A stretch of 64,000 nucleotides of DNA from Callorhinchus milii (lineage: Eukaryota), in the NCBI RefSeq assembly GCF_018977255.1, contig NW_024704743.1, forward strand, positions 61,754,001 to 61,818,000. Direction: 5' to 3'. A program made the position numbers and the translations under genes. Below, piece after piece: positions 25,291 to 37,987 of this stretch (position 1 is the stretch's first letter; every line of letters begins with the position of its first letter). The notes under the pieces are model-generated. The model saw nothing but the letters and a program-made list of their open reading frames with translations. It searched no databases and was not told where the DNA came from.

Positions 25291-25596
25291 GCATTGACCG
25301 TGATTTTGTAAAAAGACCAATAAATGGTAATATTTCACAAATGTCACAGGATTGCAAGAAATCCATAAACAACTTCTGAAAGGTGGGGTAAGGGACATAT
25401 AATTCCTCAAAGGTTCAAAGTACACCAAGAAGCCTCAGCGATATATAAAAAAACTCATATGGTTGGAGACAAAATAGCAAAACTGTTGAATTAATTTAGA
25501 TCTGAAGGAAAAAGGTCAATCACAGAGACCCAATATTGTAATAAACCTAAAATATTTGTTTAAAATTTTAAAATAAGTTTAAAATTTGGATAGAAA

Positions 25597-25810
25597 CTCT
25601 TTTCGAGCAGTGCCATGAGATCTTTAATAACCATCTGAACAGGCAAACAGAACCTTGATTTAATATCTCATCCAAAGGACAGCAACCTCTGACAAAGCAA
25701 CACTGCAATGGAGAGTCATTTTTCGACTATGTGAAGTTGACTTGGGGCTTGAACCCAGAACCTTCTGACTCAGAGGTGAGAGTGTTATCAACTGAGCCAG
25801 GCCGACACAC
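25597..25810 (-). mobile_element. SINE family B 5' half
   Basis: CTTGAACCCAGAACCTTCTGACTCAGAGGTGAGAGTG..ACTGAGCCAGGCCGACACAC. Confidence 0.85.
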
Positions 25811-26384
25811 ATCCTGCAGCTTACATCACAAGAGAATCCGGTAACTGAAATAGTTCAGCTCCAGCCATGTGTACTACTGGATTTGCCGCACACAAGCCAT
25901 CAGCCAGGAGTTTGGGAGGAAATGTAATCCAGGATTATCGACAGCCGGACGGAATGCAGGACATTTACAGCCATTACCTTTGTTTTGAGAGAAAAAAAAG
26001 CTTTGGTGAGCCCATTTAATTCCATATTACATATATTCTATATAATATATAATATACATTAGGATACAAGGCACTCCAAGAGTATTAAATCAAAAAGAAA
26101 ATCCCAGGCTTTTGGTAAATGATTAAATCTGGGGTAGAGACTGAGGGAGGACTTAAGACTTTTTATGTTTTGTGCTGCACGTGAAACATTTGAGTTTAGC
26201 AATGATTCACTACCAAGACTGCAGTATAGACAGAGGATGAGGCAGCACAAATCACAATAGAGACTTTCTCCTGACAACCCAAAAAAGTGGTTTAAGGAGC
26301 TCACCAGAATGTAATTTGCACCAATGCAGTAATAAACAATCCCTTTCTTGTCCATTGCACAGTATTTTATAGGCAGTGAGATAG

Positions 26385-26600
26385 AGAGAGAGAGAGTAAA
26401 TGAAGTGAAGAGCTTTTTGAAGAGGTTTGCATGGATGCTGAAAGCTAGATCACCAATGGCATGAAGGAGGATTGAGGTTTGAGGAGCAGCAGACCAGAAT
26501 CCGATGAGCAGCAAGAACAGGGCTGAAAGCATTTGCATAGACAAGAAGGGCTGAGGCTGTAAGGGATCTGAGGACCAGAACAAAGATTTTAAAGTTGATC
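26385..26600 (-). mobile_element. L2 LINE 3' fragment
   Basis: Antisense WRINFKIFVLV...AIGDLAFSIHA L2 C-terminal motifs. Confidence 0.65.
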
Positions 26601-28137
26601 CTCCAGGGCAGGGATGGCCCGCGGACCGCAAGTTGACCATCCTGTGCTAGGGGCCAACAGTTCTGTTCAGTACTGTCACTGCACATCACAGCTTTTATAT
26701 CTTAGAAGTCACCAGAGGCCAATTGTATGTAATAAAGATTTCTCTTTTTCCTAAAGTAACTTAAATTATTTAGTCAGCCCAAAGTGTGAGTTGAAAATCT
26801 ACTCCTGTTGGTGATATCGATTCATATGGGAAATGTTTGGATAGTGCTAACCTAGTTTCTCATGAATATGGCCTACAGAACAATACTGGTCCCAAATTAG
26901 CACTAAAATAGCAAATTTTAAGCAGAAGAGTGAGGGAAGCTGGCGGGAGACTTGGATAAAGCCAAACTGGTCCAATTCAACTCATCTGAGATTCTAGTTA
27001 ATGTTGGTTGTTGGATAAAGTAACGACGACAACAACTTGCATTTATATAGCGCCCTTCACGTGGGGTAGCGTCCTGGGGCGCTTAATAAACGGAATCTGC
27101 TCTGCATTTAACCGTGCGAGATCTGATCAAGACATGCTTTCTTTCGCTGAATGCATGAAATAGGAAGGTAGTCATTTGCAACAACCTCAGCAAATGCAGT
27201 ATTAGTAATACTCTCATCTTTCAGTCAGAAGGTTGTAGGTTGAAGGTCCAAATTGGGATTGGACCTTGCAATCTAAGATGGCACTTCAGGGCAATACATT
27301 GTTCGTGTTGTTAGATGTGTTATCTAAAGGAATGTAGGAATAGACCTTTGACTCTTGGCCAGTCCCAAAGTATAAATAAATATAATCAACAACAACTTGC
27401 ATTTATATGTGGGGCAAAGTGTCAGAACATTTAAAGTTATAATCCTATAATTCTCTATTTTATTTTATACAACTCAATCAAATTGATCATTAAAAAGCTA
27501 TTTGATCACTTCTTTGCTTTGCTAACACAATAATAAGAAATGTAACCATGAATAATAATACTTGTATTTGATCTAATGCTTGTAACATTGAAAAGTCTGA
27601 AAAGTCTGAAAACTGTACGTAGGTAATAGTGTCAAGCGTAGTCACTGTGTATTTGTAGACAAGCAATATTGTCTGCTCTGCCATCCTGAGTAAAGAAATT
27701 AACTCCTAGCTATCTGTTCCTTCCCTTTGAAGTAATTAGTTAATGCTTTCTTAGGAAAATCACTCGTCTTTTCCCAGCTCTACAGTTATGTAACAACATT
27801 GTTCATGTCCCCAGGAATGTGTCATTGGCCTGCAATGCTGATAGCAGTTGTTTCATTCTTCTCCAGTTCACATCTTAACTCATTAAACAGAAATCAATAT
27901 TGCTGTTTAATATTGCACTGATGATTATTTAGAAAACTACAGACTGAAATTCCCATCCTCATAGCCACCAGGACCATTGTCTTCCAATTTAAAATAGCAG
28001 AATTTTGGAAATTTCGTAAATGTAGTCTTAATATGGAAGTTGGTTTTCCACAGTTCTTAAAAAATGCAGATAACCGGCTTCCAAAGTAAAACTGAATTGC
28101 TTTCAGAGGCCCAGTGAATCAATAGATCAGGTCACTT

Positions 28138-28517
28138 GGAGTCCACTTGCAGGGTAGTGGTTAGAGTACTCGCTTTGCAAGCGAGAGGATCTGGGTTTGA
28201 TTCCCAGGCTAGGCAAAACGTTAGGCAAGTTCCCTAACTCCAACACACGCACTTCTGTTTACTTAGCAGTAAGTAGGAACCCATCGATTGGCGTATCATT
28301 TTTCTGGGAGTAATAATTCCTTCAAAAAATAATAAAAATAATAATGTGGTCACTCATTCCACGACTGTTTGTGTGATACTGCTGTGCACAATTGGCTGCC
28401 TAGTTTTGCCCACAAAATATACAGTCAATTCATTTTACAGTATATCCTGTGAAGCACTTTGAGATGTCTTGTTGACATCATAAGCGCTATATCAAATGCA
28501 AGGATTATTATTATTAT
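28138..28517 (+). mobile_element. SINE family A, full length, long subtype
   Basis: CTCGCTTTGCAAGCGAG anticodon-arm-like stem; body; (ATT)n tail. Confidence 0.9.
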
Positions 28518-29264
28518 AAGTATGTGCTGTGTACAATGCTGGGGTAATGCCATAATGTAGGAATAAAGAGACTCCAAGGTTGAGATTCCGCTGCTGATTT
28601 CAGCTATATGGGGAAATTCTGACAAATTTAACCTCTCAATTAGCAGGAGCTCGATAACCTTTTCAGCATACTTTTCAGCACATCAGCCTAGTCTCCCAAA
28701 TAATTGAAAATGTCAGCTGTGGCTAGCCAACATTGCAGCAGATTCATACTGTTAAAGTGCCCATTACAATTTAGTCTCCTCTCAAAGGCTTTAAATTCAA
28801 TTTATTTGATGAAATGGTTTGAAATCATGGGCCCATCCTAGATGGCATGTTTGTAAATTATGTTGCATTTCTAGTTTGGAATTATATCTGAGTATCTGAG
28901 GAGAAAATGATCAATATATTTAGCCTTATAATTAGAAACAGAGCCACTGTGAAAAATGACTATTATGTTATTCCTAATAATGGAATTACAATGGCACATA
29001 AGCATTATTCCTTTTGTTCAAAATAGGCTAAAATAGGCTAAAGGGGATGACAGGATAAAAAGAAAATTGCCTGAATATTGAACATAATCTGATTTGTATG
29101 AAGCCAGTAATGAAAAAGCTGGCCACTAAAAGAAGCAATGCATCTCTATGAATGGAAATGCTCCACTGCATAAAGTCAACTCTGCTGAAAGCAACGTCAT
29201 GTACTCTCAGATAACTACCAATGCCCCTCAAGCCTCCACACTTTTCATCTAATCTTATCTTTGT

Positions 29265-29570
29265 GGAGTCCTGTAGCATATTGATTAGAGCGCTCGCCTG
29301 GCAAGCGAGAGGACCCAGTTTGATTTCTGGGAAGGGCAAAACCTTAGGCATTTCCTAACTCCACATGCCTCTGCTTTTCTAGCAGTAAGTAGGCATCCAG
29401 TTGTCAGTCAATTACTTTCCCTGTGTAACAATACCTTAAAAAAATTTGGTCACTCAATCCACAAGTGTTGTGGGACACTCCTGTGCACAATTGGATGCCG
29501 CGTTTTGCCCACAAAGTATACAGTCAATTCACTTTAGAATATTTTCTGTGAAGTGTTTTGAGATGTCTCA
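29265..29570 (+). mobile_element. SINE family A, long subtype
   Basis: GGAGTCCTGTAGCA...CTCGCCTGGCAAGCGAGAGGACCC head; body. Confidence 0.85.
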
Positions 29571-30217
29571 ACTACATGACCAACAACTGAAACATGTAGA
29601 AGAATGATGATATTTGTATTCAGCAGTACTTGTATTCAGTATATGTTTTTAATGTATTTCGACATCCAGAGGATGTGAATGCCATTCATTTCTTGGCAAA
29701 TAATGATCCGTCACCATGTTCAGTGCAACATCTTCTGTAACAAAGATGTAGTGATGAGGAAGATACTCGTGTCAGACAATTCAGACCACCCTTTACTATG
29801 CGATGGGATAGGGGTGGTGGAATGCATTCAGTGATAATGCTACCTTTTACCCTGATATTTTAAAATAATGTGGAAAACAGGTTATTAATATTGTGCAAAT
29901 GTTGGTTTCCTATTTCAGACGACAAAAGGTTCCAATTACCCATCAGTGTTGTGTTAAGCCACCAAATCAAAATCTGTTCGTAATATTTGTTTCAACCACC
30001 TTAACAAGCAGGAAAATAAACTCTTGACCTCCCCAAGTTCTGCATGATAATCTTTGATTGCAGTGGGGTTACTGAAAACATTGAGGAAGAGCAATTTACA
30101 ACGTTTGAATATTACGGCACAGAAACAGACTATTCAGCCTATCAAGTCTGTTTGAGCACCCAACATAAACCACCTAATCTAAAACCAATCTCTAGTGTCC
30201 ACCTTGTAACATATATC

Positions 30218-30570
30218 AATAATAATAATGATCCTTTCATGTCAGGATGACTTCTCAAAGCACTTCACAGGAAACACTGTAAAATGCAGTGACTGTATAT
30301 GCTGTAGCCAAACATAGCAGCCAATTGCTCTGCCTGTGCACAAGCACAGCAATGTCTCACAAACAGCCATGACGTGAATGGCTATTTTTCTTTGGGAGAA
30401 TTGTTGGACACAACACCAGGATAAATGCCCTTCTCTTTTCAAGTAGTGAAATCTTTAACATCCACCTGAGCAGGCAGACAGGTCAGTGGTTTAATTTCTG
30501 ACCCAAAGAATGGCACCTTCTACAATGCAGTACATCACTAACATTACATTGGTTTGTCAACCCAGACTAT
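30218..30570 (-). mobile_element. SINE family B
   Basis: Tail, body and TTTAACATCCACCTGAGCAGGCAGAC. Confidence 0.8.
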
Positions 30571-31239
30571 ATGAATTTAAAATCCCAATGTGCTCTTTAA
30601 CATTCAGCGCTCCAAGATGCTACCAGGGTGAAGGGTGTTATATAAATGCAAGATGTTATTGTTGTAATATACCTCTATTTCAAGCATCTATATAATGCAC
30701 TTTTAAAAGACTTCCTCAACAATGGTTTGTGGGGGGAAATTCCACATTCACCCTTTGTATAAATACACGTTTTCTAACTTCCCCTTTATGTTTTTTTGTG
30801 ATCCGCTTAATTTGGATCCTCTGATTCCAGAACACCAACTAGTGGGAATTGTTCGTCTAACTATCTGAAGGAAAGTGAGTTCTGCTCCGTATATAACAAT
30901 GATTTCCACAAGTTCTTCTACCTAACTGATGTTAATGGGTTACACTCATTCCTGGCAATGGACAAGAAAGGGCCAAACCCTGGAATATAAGGGCTTTTCA
31001 TTGACTTAGTAGCAATATCATTAATTTATTGCTGAAAATTCATTCAACCCAAATGTAAAAGGCGCTATACAAATGTAATTTTGCTGTTGTTGTGTAGCGG
31101 TGGGAAATGTTACCTAGTGCAGTTCTTGCACTGGGATTTACACTGTTTGGATCCTGACTGATATGATTCAGTAGGAATCTTACCACTCTCTTTGAGTTCC
31201 TTAATTACTCTTTTTTTTCAATTTTGTTTTAGTCCATAA

Positions 31240-31670
31240 ATACTTAATGATCAAGTTCAAAAGCTATTAATCGTCTGTATTTCAGTCACCTGTTCCTTTG
31301 GTTTAGTATCATCAGCAATTGTTTTATTGTTACAGGAAGCATTCTCTTCCAAGTCATTTATGAATAGTTGTGTGACCAGCAGGTAACTCACATAGTTCTG
31401 TAAAACATTACTGCTCATTTCCCTTAGATGGCATTTTACCCATTTACAGTTATTAACATATTCTACTTCCTATTACTAAAGCAGTGTTCAAACCATTTAG
31501 CTAATTTTCTATTAATCCCACAATAAATAATCTTAAGAGTCTCACATGTGGAACTTTATCCAACGCCTTTTGAAAATACAAGTAAATTACACCCACTGGA
31601 GCGCACTCATGTATTACCTCACGCAAGGTTAGTAATTTGTAAGGCATGAGCTGTTGCTTCTAAGTCAGTT
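31240..31670 (-). pseudogene. Decayed CR1 reverse transcriptase core
   Basis: Antisense GVIYLYFQKALDKVPHVRL (cf. DVVYLDFQKAFDKVPH), LFINDLEE and IADDTK (cf. FADDTK). Confidence 0.75.
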
Positions 31671-31693
31671 CTGAGTCAGTTTGCCTGTTAATA

Positions 31694-31849
31694 ACACAGT
31701 GTTACACAGTGTTACAGAGTTTGACACAGTGTTACACAGTGTTACAGAGTTTGACACAGTGTTACAGAGTTAGTGACACAGTGTTACACAGTGTTACAGA
31801 GTTAGTGACAGTGTTACACAATGTTACAGAGTTTGACACAGTGTTACAC
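31694..31849 (+). repeat. Minisatellite with 10-bp units ACACAGTGTT / ACAGAGTTTG
   Basis: About 15 tandem units with higher-order alternation. Confidence 0.9.
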
Positions 31850-32307
31850 CACTCGTGCTCTTAAACGTTAGAGTTCAACAAGCCCCAAACTTGTCATTTG
31901 CCATCTTTCAGGATTATAATAATCCTTGCATGTGTTTTCACATAGCGTTGAGATGTCTCGAAGCACAGGATTTTGCTGTGAAGTTTAGTGATTGTGTCTT
32001 TGTAGGATTATAACAGGTTTAGATAAAACTGAGGGCCATTTTGATTGGCCAACAGATGCTGATACTGCTCTCCTTCATTGATTTTTATGTTTCATAACAA
32101 ACATTCTATTGATTTAAAGTTACATGTGCACCAAAATCATTCATTGCCTTTTTTTTTGCTAAGTGATTATGCTTCAGGCTTGGTATTTTGACAAGTCCAA
32201 GAGGAAATATTTTAAAGAGAATCATTGTCAATTAAATCAAAGTCCTTGATATGTGAAATTAAAAGAGTTATAAAGGCAATGAAATGGATATAGTTCGATT
32301 GCAATGA

Positions 32308-32375
32308 TGTTAATGCATCATTACTTTATGCATACTTCTGTTAATGCATAAAGCAATGATGCATTAACAGAAGTA
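32308..32375. repeat. Interlocking inverted repeats
   Basis: 26-bp arms 32308-32333 / 32344-32369 (1 mismatch); 17-bp perfect arms 32333-32349 / 32359-32375. Confidence 0.9.
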
Positions 32376-32689
32376 AGACGGTCATAACATGAATTAACAC
32401 AACAAAGATGTTTTGTTTTCAAAGTATTTGTAAAATGTATGCTGAATTATATGACATTTATTGATTTTTTTTAGTACAAGCAATATGTATATAATTTATA
32501 ACTTTATTGATCAGCCCCTGGAGGTGCTAATTAGTGGAATGATTACGAAAAGCATGTGAATTGTTTGTCGATACTACACTGTTCCTAGGTTCCTGGTACA
32601 CAGGATTTCTGAACTTTTCATATAGATTTAAATACCAGTAGAGACAGTTGGACTTTACAGCAACTTTGTTTCTATTTCCTCTTCTTGTT

Positions 32690-32825
32690 AGGTGATGGGT
32701 ATCAAGGGATATGTAGCATAGGCGAGTTGGGTTGAGTCAAATGGAATGGTACAGATCAGCTGTGATCTAATAGAATGGCCGAACATGCTCGAGGGGCTGA
32801 ATGGCATCCTCCTGTTCCTATGCTT
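32690..32825 (+). mobile_element. CR1 3' UTR fragment
   Basis: ATCAAGGGATATG...CTCGAGGGGCTGAATGGC..CTCCTGTTCCTATG. Confidence 0.65.
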
Positions 32826-33214
32826 TTTCATGACTATAAAGTAAATTGATGCTGCAAAACTGTACAAGCATTTCCCCTTCTCTAGTGCACTGTTTTTTTA
32901 ATATTCCTGCTATAGAAGTGGGTATCCCAGCTCTTCCATGCACTGTTATTCTATTGTTCAGTGAGTGAGAGGAGGCATGGCTCATTTTTGTCAGAAAGAG
33001 CTTTCGCTTTCAATAACTCTTCACAACTCAGTCAGTGCCAATTACCATCAACTTGCATTCTTCACATTGAATTAAACTCCTCCATAATGCATCAGCAAGT
33101 GTCAAGCAAACCCATAATTAAAAAGGTTATTGGGGAAGACCTGAGTACAATTAGCAAACTCCCATTCTCCACATTTAAATGCTATTAAACCTTGTATATT
33201 AGTCACGTTTTATT

Positions 33215-33580
33215 AATAATAATCCTTGCATTTGATCTAGCACACCTTTTCATGTCGTCCAGATATCTCAAAGTGCTGCACAGGATATACTGTAAAGTTG
33301 AATTACTGTATTTTGTGGGAGAAACGTGGCAACCAGTTTGCGCACAGCAGTATCCCCCAAACAGCTATGGAATGAATGACTAGTTTTATTTGGGTTATTT
33401 TTGGCCAGGACACAGGTAGAAACTCCCTTCTCTTTTCAAATTGTGCCATTGGATCTTTACGTCCACCTGAACAGGCAGATGGAACCTCAGTTTAATGTTT
33501 CATCCAAAAGATAGCATCTCTGACAATGCAGCAATCCTCAGCACTGCAAACCTTAGACTATGTGATTCCAATCCTGACAT
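33215..33580 (-). mobile_element. SINE family B
   Basis: Tail plus GATCTTTACGTCCACCTGAACAGGCAGATGGAACCTCAGTTTAATG. Confidence 0.8.
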
Positions 33581-34744
33581 GGCCGGCTTGTTGGAACCCC
33601 TAAATCTGCATACTGAGCTTCTGATCTGGGATCGTGTAGGTCAGCATAACGTACCTTCGGGATGAGTGAATCCCATTTCAATTGCCATTTTTTTGACTCA
33701 AAGTAGTTGTTTAAGGAAATTTTCCATTATAATCTCCCAGCGACTTGGGACATCCTCTAGATGTGAAAGTTTCTGCACAAATGTAATTTTGTATTGTATT
33801 GTATTATCCACGCACGTAGCCAAAGTGGCTAAGTACAGTCATGCAGAGTATCAATTCCTATCAGAATACAAATGTACATGATTCAGCAAACATTAGGTTA
33901 ACCTGGCACCTCAAGCAAAGGCATACCTATGAATAATATCAGCAGTAAAAGTTAAGTACCACAGCAAATAATATAATTGTCTTCTCTATTGGTGGGTGGT
34001 GGGGTGGGAGATCCATTGCATCAAAAAAATTAGTCCTAATTAATTATTCTCCTGACATTTCTCTTAAATCCACTAAAATAAAGTTTAACCTAATCTGTAA
34101 TACCTATTTGACCATTAACCTGATATTATAAGATAAGCATTATTCACAAATGTCAATTTAATTACTCAGGAAGACTCTCATACAGATTTCTCTGGCTCTA
34201 AGGCTTAGAACAATGACCGACATCATACAGATGAGAATTTTGTAATATCTGCTTGATGAGAGAGAGAGGAAAATTTAATTTGAAATGGTGTCCACTTTAA
34301 CCTTTTGCAAATGTTTTGTAAAACTTACATGACACCAATTCACCGTAATTTGAATATTTGAATCTTTACATTTTGATATTCTCTTACATAAAATGTACAT
34401 GTCATGCTTTTTGTAGATTATCTGCTGTGATCAGCAATATATTGTTAGTATTCACTATGGTGCAAAATCTATGGCGTTTTAGGATTGAAAGTAATGTATT
34501 TTTTTTCTAAGCTTCTTATAATATTTAATTGCATCAAATACATAGAGGCAATACCAGATTTTACATGATTGTTAATCATATTTTACCTGTCCATACAACA
34601 ATAAGATTACATTTGCAATATGGCCTAAGTCCAATCACCTTCATATACATTTTAAAAATACCAAAAAGAGATAACACATAGAGATTCAAAGAATAAACGT
34701 GTGACATGTGTCAGGACTTATCAATTTACAGGGGAACATAAAAC

Positions 34745-35135
34745 TTAAGAGCATAGGAACAAGCCTTCTCCTTTAGATCATGACTGATCTGCAACTTTCC
34801 TTTCACCATATCCCTGATACCTCCTGACTGCTAAATATTCATCTACCTCCCTTTTAAATATTTCAATTGACCTGAGAGCTATATCATATTTGGGTAATGA
34901 ATTCCACATTTCCACAACCATTTGTGTGAAAAAATGTTTTCTGATATTATTCATAACAGGTTTTGATCTATTTTAATATCTCATGTTCTCTTGTTCTGGA
35001 ATTTCCTATCCATCTGTCAAATCCAGTTAGAATTTTAAACACCTCAATGAGATCACTTCTCAAGGTAATATAACCCAGGTTTGCTCACACATCTCCTCTG
35101 AATTTAGCCCCTTCAGCCCAAGTTCCATTCTGGTG
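34745..35135 (-). mobile_element. CR1 3' fragment
   Basis: GAATTCCACATTTCCACAACCATTTGTGTGAAAAAATG is antisense to FFTQMVVEMWNS. Confidence 0.7.
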
Positions 35136-35274
35136 ACAAAATGCAAAATACTGCAGATGCTGGAAGTCTGAAACAAGAACAGGAGTCGCTGGGAACACTC
35201 AGCAGGTCAGGCAGCATCTATGGAGAAAGGAAAGTGAGTCAACGTTTCGGGTCCACGACCCTTCATCAGAACTC
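35136..35274 (-). mobile_element. Penelope-like element terminal repeat fragment
   Basis: CAAAATACTGCAGATGCTGG...CTCAGCAGGTCAGGCAGCATCT...ACGTTTCGGGTC..GACCCTTCATCAG; homologous to both arms at 56658-56899. Confidence 0.65.
35236..35274 (-). ncRNA. Minimal type I hammerhead ribozyme motif
   Basis: Minus strand reads GAGUU-CUGAUGA-A-GGGUC-GUG-GACCC-GAAA-CG-UU-GACUC: stem I GAGUU/GACUC, 5-bp stem II, conserved core, palindromic AACGUU stem III, GUU cleavage triplet. Confidence 0.7.
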
Positions 35275-36779
35275 CTTAAGACATGAATGACCCATGCACA
35301 TCAGGGTCTTCTAGAACATATCATCTCTCTCTCCACCCCCCCCCCACCCAAACCCCCACCCGACTTGGGCAATGTTAGTAAAATGACAATAAGACTAGAA
35401 AAAATCTTACCCAGTAACCTGTTCACGCTCCAGTTTGACTTTAGAGTACAGAAAGGAACGTAACTGGTGATATCCCTGAACTACATACAAGAGGCAGTTT
35501 GGTTGCAGATCAGAGAATTCAGCAGATTGACAATAATAAAATCAACATGATCAGCTAACTATGTCCACATGCATCCTGCATACTGTGATACAAAGATATA
35601 ATGTCACAGTGCAGCTGGTGTAAGCAGATTGCACAACATTTCAGTACTCCAATACCGAGGGTATTCCATTTCTTCTGTCCCTATTCTTTTCTGAATGTTC
35701 AGAAGATGTGCACCTTGATGTATTGTAGAAGTCTTACTTGATGTCCTTGTCTTTTGTGAGGTGGTGCTGTGGAGAATTTTCTAATTGAGGTGACATCTTT
35801 TCTGCTTTTATATCTATAACTGTGTTAAGCGTCCGAGATACTGCCCCGTGTGAAGGGCACTATATAAATGTAAGTTGTTGTTATGCACTTTCCATGATAG
35901 ATATTACATAGAATGTTACAGAATGGAAACAGGTCATGCGGCTCAATTTGTCCATGCCAGTGTTTATATAACCTCCACCCCTCCTTATCCACTCTCCCAT
36001 TTCAATGGTGTGAATAATAATAATAATAATCCTAGCATTTGATAGAGCACCTTATCATGTCTTCGAGACGTTTCTAAGCGCTTCACAGAATATACTGTAA
36101 AGTGAATTGACTGCACACTCAATTCAAAGAATCAAAAGCTGGTGAGGACTAAAAGGGATACACAGAAGTTTAGAACGGTAAAATGACTTTTACAAGGAAG
36201 CCAAAGAAAATGCACAACCCTGCAAATCAAATCCCTATCAGGTAGAGTCGCCAAGATGGTCAAGCAATGTGAAGTTTGTCATTCAGTGTTTGCAATGTAA
36301 AGCAGGTTTTAGTTGATTAAACTCCAGCACCACCCCAACACACATTCTGAGATCCTCAAGCCTTGGTTCTTTCAACCTGAACTTAATCATTTCCATTAGG
36401 TGAACAGGGTATGTCCCCCGCGGAGAAAGTCAGCACTCCATTCTACACAAACAAATATTTCCATACATATGTGGAACTCTCAATAGCTGATTTGAACATT
36501 TCTGAGCACGGTGATTAGTTTTAGTGTGCGATGAGATGTTAAACCAAGGTCCTTTATATTTGTTCAGATGGACGTTGCACCTCGAACAATGCAGTAAACC
36601 CCAGCACTGCACTGTGAGTGTCATCTTAGAACACCTCTTAGAGAACAAAGAACGGCATTGACAGAGTCAATGATCCATTGACATTGGTAAAATGACAGTA
36701 AGCCCATTTCATAGACTAGAGAATTGTCCACAGCATAAAAACTTAAACACGAGAGAAGAAAATCTTTAAAATTAAAATA

Positions 36780-36938
36780 CTTGCCTTAACCTTCAGTCAC
36801 CCTCCCAACTCTCTGCCTTCCCTCAACCCTACCCCACCCCTCCCCCATGCTCAGGCCCTGACCCCTGACTGTCTAGCGCCTTGGAACATCCTCCCGACGT
36901 GAAAGGCCCTCAATAAATGTAATTTTATTGTTGTTGTT
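36780..36938 (+). mobile_element. L2 3' end
   Basis: CCTTCAGTCACC...CCCTGACTGTCTAGCGCCTTGG..CTCCCGACGTGAAAGG..(TTG)n. Confidence 0.8.
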
Positions 36939-37231
36939 AACCCTAGGAGGGAGATTCATCTTAATAATATTCATAGTTAATCCTGTCTTCTCAGGAGATG
37001 TTACTTTTGATTTGTATGTCAGGTGTGTGCGGTTTAGATTGTAGTTTAGTTCGACCTAGATTGGCATTAGCCCACTGAACTCAAAGGCACATCTCAACCA
37101 CCAAAGCCTCAGAGCCAAATGCTGTGCTAACAGTGAAGCACAGTGCTATAACCCAGATTCAATGTGCAAATCAATATTTCCTAATGCAGTCAACTCTCCC
37201 AGTTGTTACTGATTGCTCATATTAGTGAGAA

Positions 37232-37475
37232 GAGAGCACAGGTTCAAGGTTGTGAAGGGCAATATTAGGATAATCACCAGGAAGTATTTCTTTACACAGA
37301 AGGTAATTAATGACTGGAACGGGTTACCAGCAGGGATGGTGGAGGCCAGGATGCTGGATAGATTTAAGAAACAGCTTAATGTCATCATAAAAAGGCAGTA
37401 GGGTGTGTGTTCTGAAAGGATAAAAACAAATGGGCCAAAGGGCCTTCTTCATCCATAACTGTCTTGAGATCTTGC
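37232..37475 (+). mobile_element. CR1 3' fragment
   Basis: REHRFKVVKG...RKYFFTQKVINDWNGLP..VEA..LDRFKKQL. Confidence 0.85.
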
Positions 37476-37597
37476 GCTGACTGATCTTCCAGATGGCCTT
37501 TTATTTTTGCATGCACACCACAATTGGCTGGAAATGTGGAAATTGATGATTTGATGGTGGGTCCAATCCTCAGTACTCTCTAGATCTAACAAGCTCC

Positions 37598-37987
37598 TGA
37601 ATCAACTTCAAAATCCTCACTCTTGTCTTCAAATCCCTCCACTCCTCCCCTACCTCTCTGACCTCCTCTCTCCTCACAACAGTGCCCGTTACCTTTGCTC
37701 CACCGAGTCTGGCCTCCTCCTTGTCCCCCGAATCCTCCGCTCCACCATTGGCGGCCGTGCCTTCAGCCACTATGCCCCGAGGCTCTGGAACTCCCATCCT
37801 CACTCCCTTCGCCTCGTCCCCTCTCTTCCTATTTTCAGGTCTCGGCTAAAGACCTTTCTTTTCGACTGCGCCTTTGGTTACCTTCCTCCCCCTGGCTCGG
37901 CCCCGGGATCCTTTACTGTAAAGCGCTCTGAGATGCCATCCAGCATGAAGGGCGCTATATAAATTCAAGTTGTTGTTGTTGTTGTTG
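37598..37987 (+). mobile_element. L2 3' fragment, young subfamily
   Basis: INFKILTLVFKSLH...GGRAFSHYAPRLWNS; (TTG)n tail. Confidence 0.9.

Noticed and set aside
31336..31382. Phase-compatible 47-nt exon (EAFSSKSFMNSCVTS) linking the candidates at 17104 and 45225
   Set aside because: It lies antisense within a CR1 RT fragment (LFINDLEE / IADDTK), so the three-exon gene model is probably coincidental.
31694..31849. CRISPR-like array
   Set aside because: Contiguous 10-bp units without unique spacers, no cas genes, vertebrate context.
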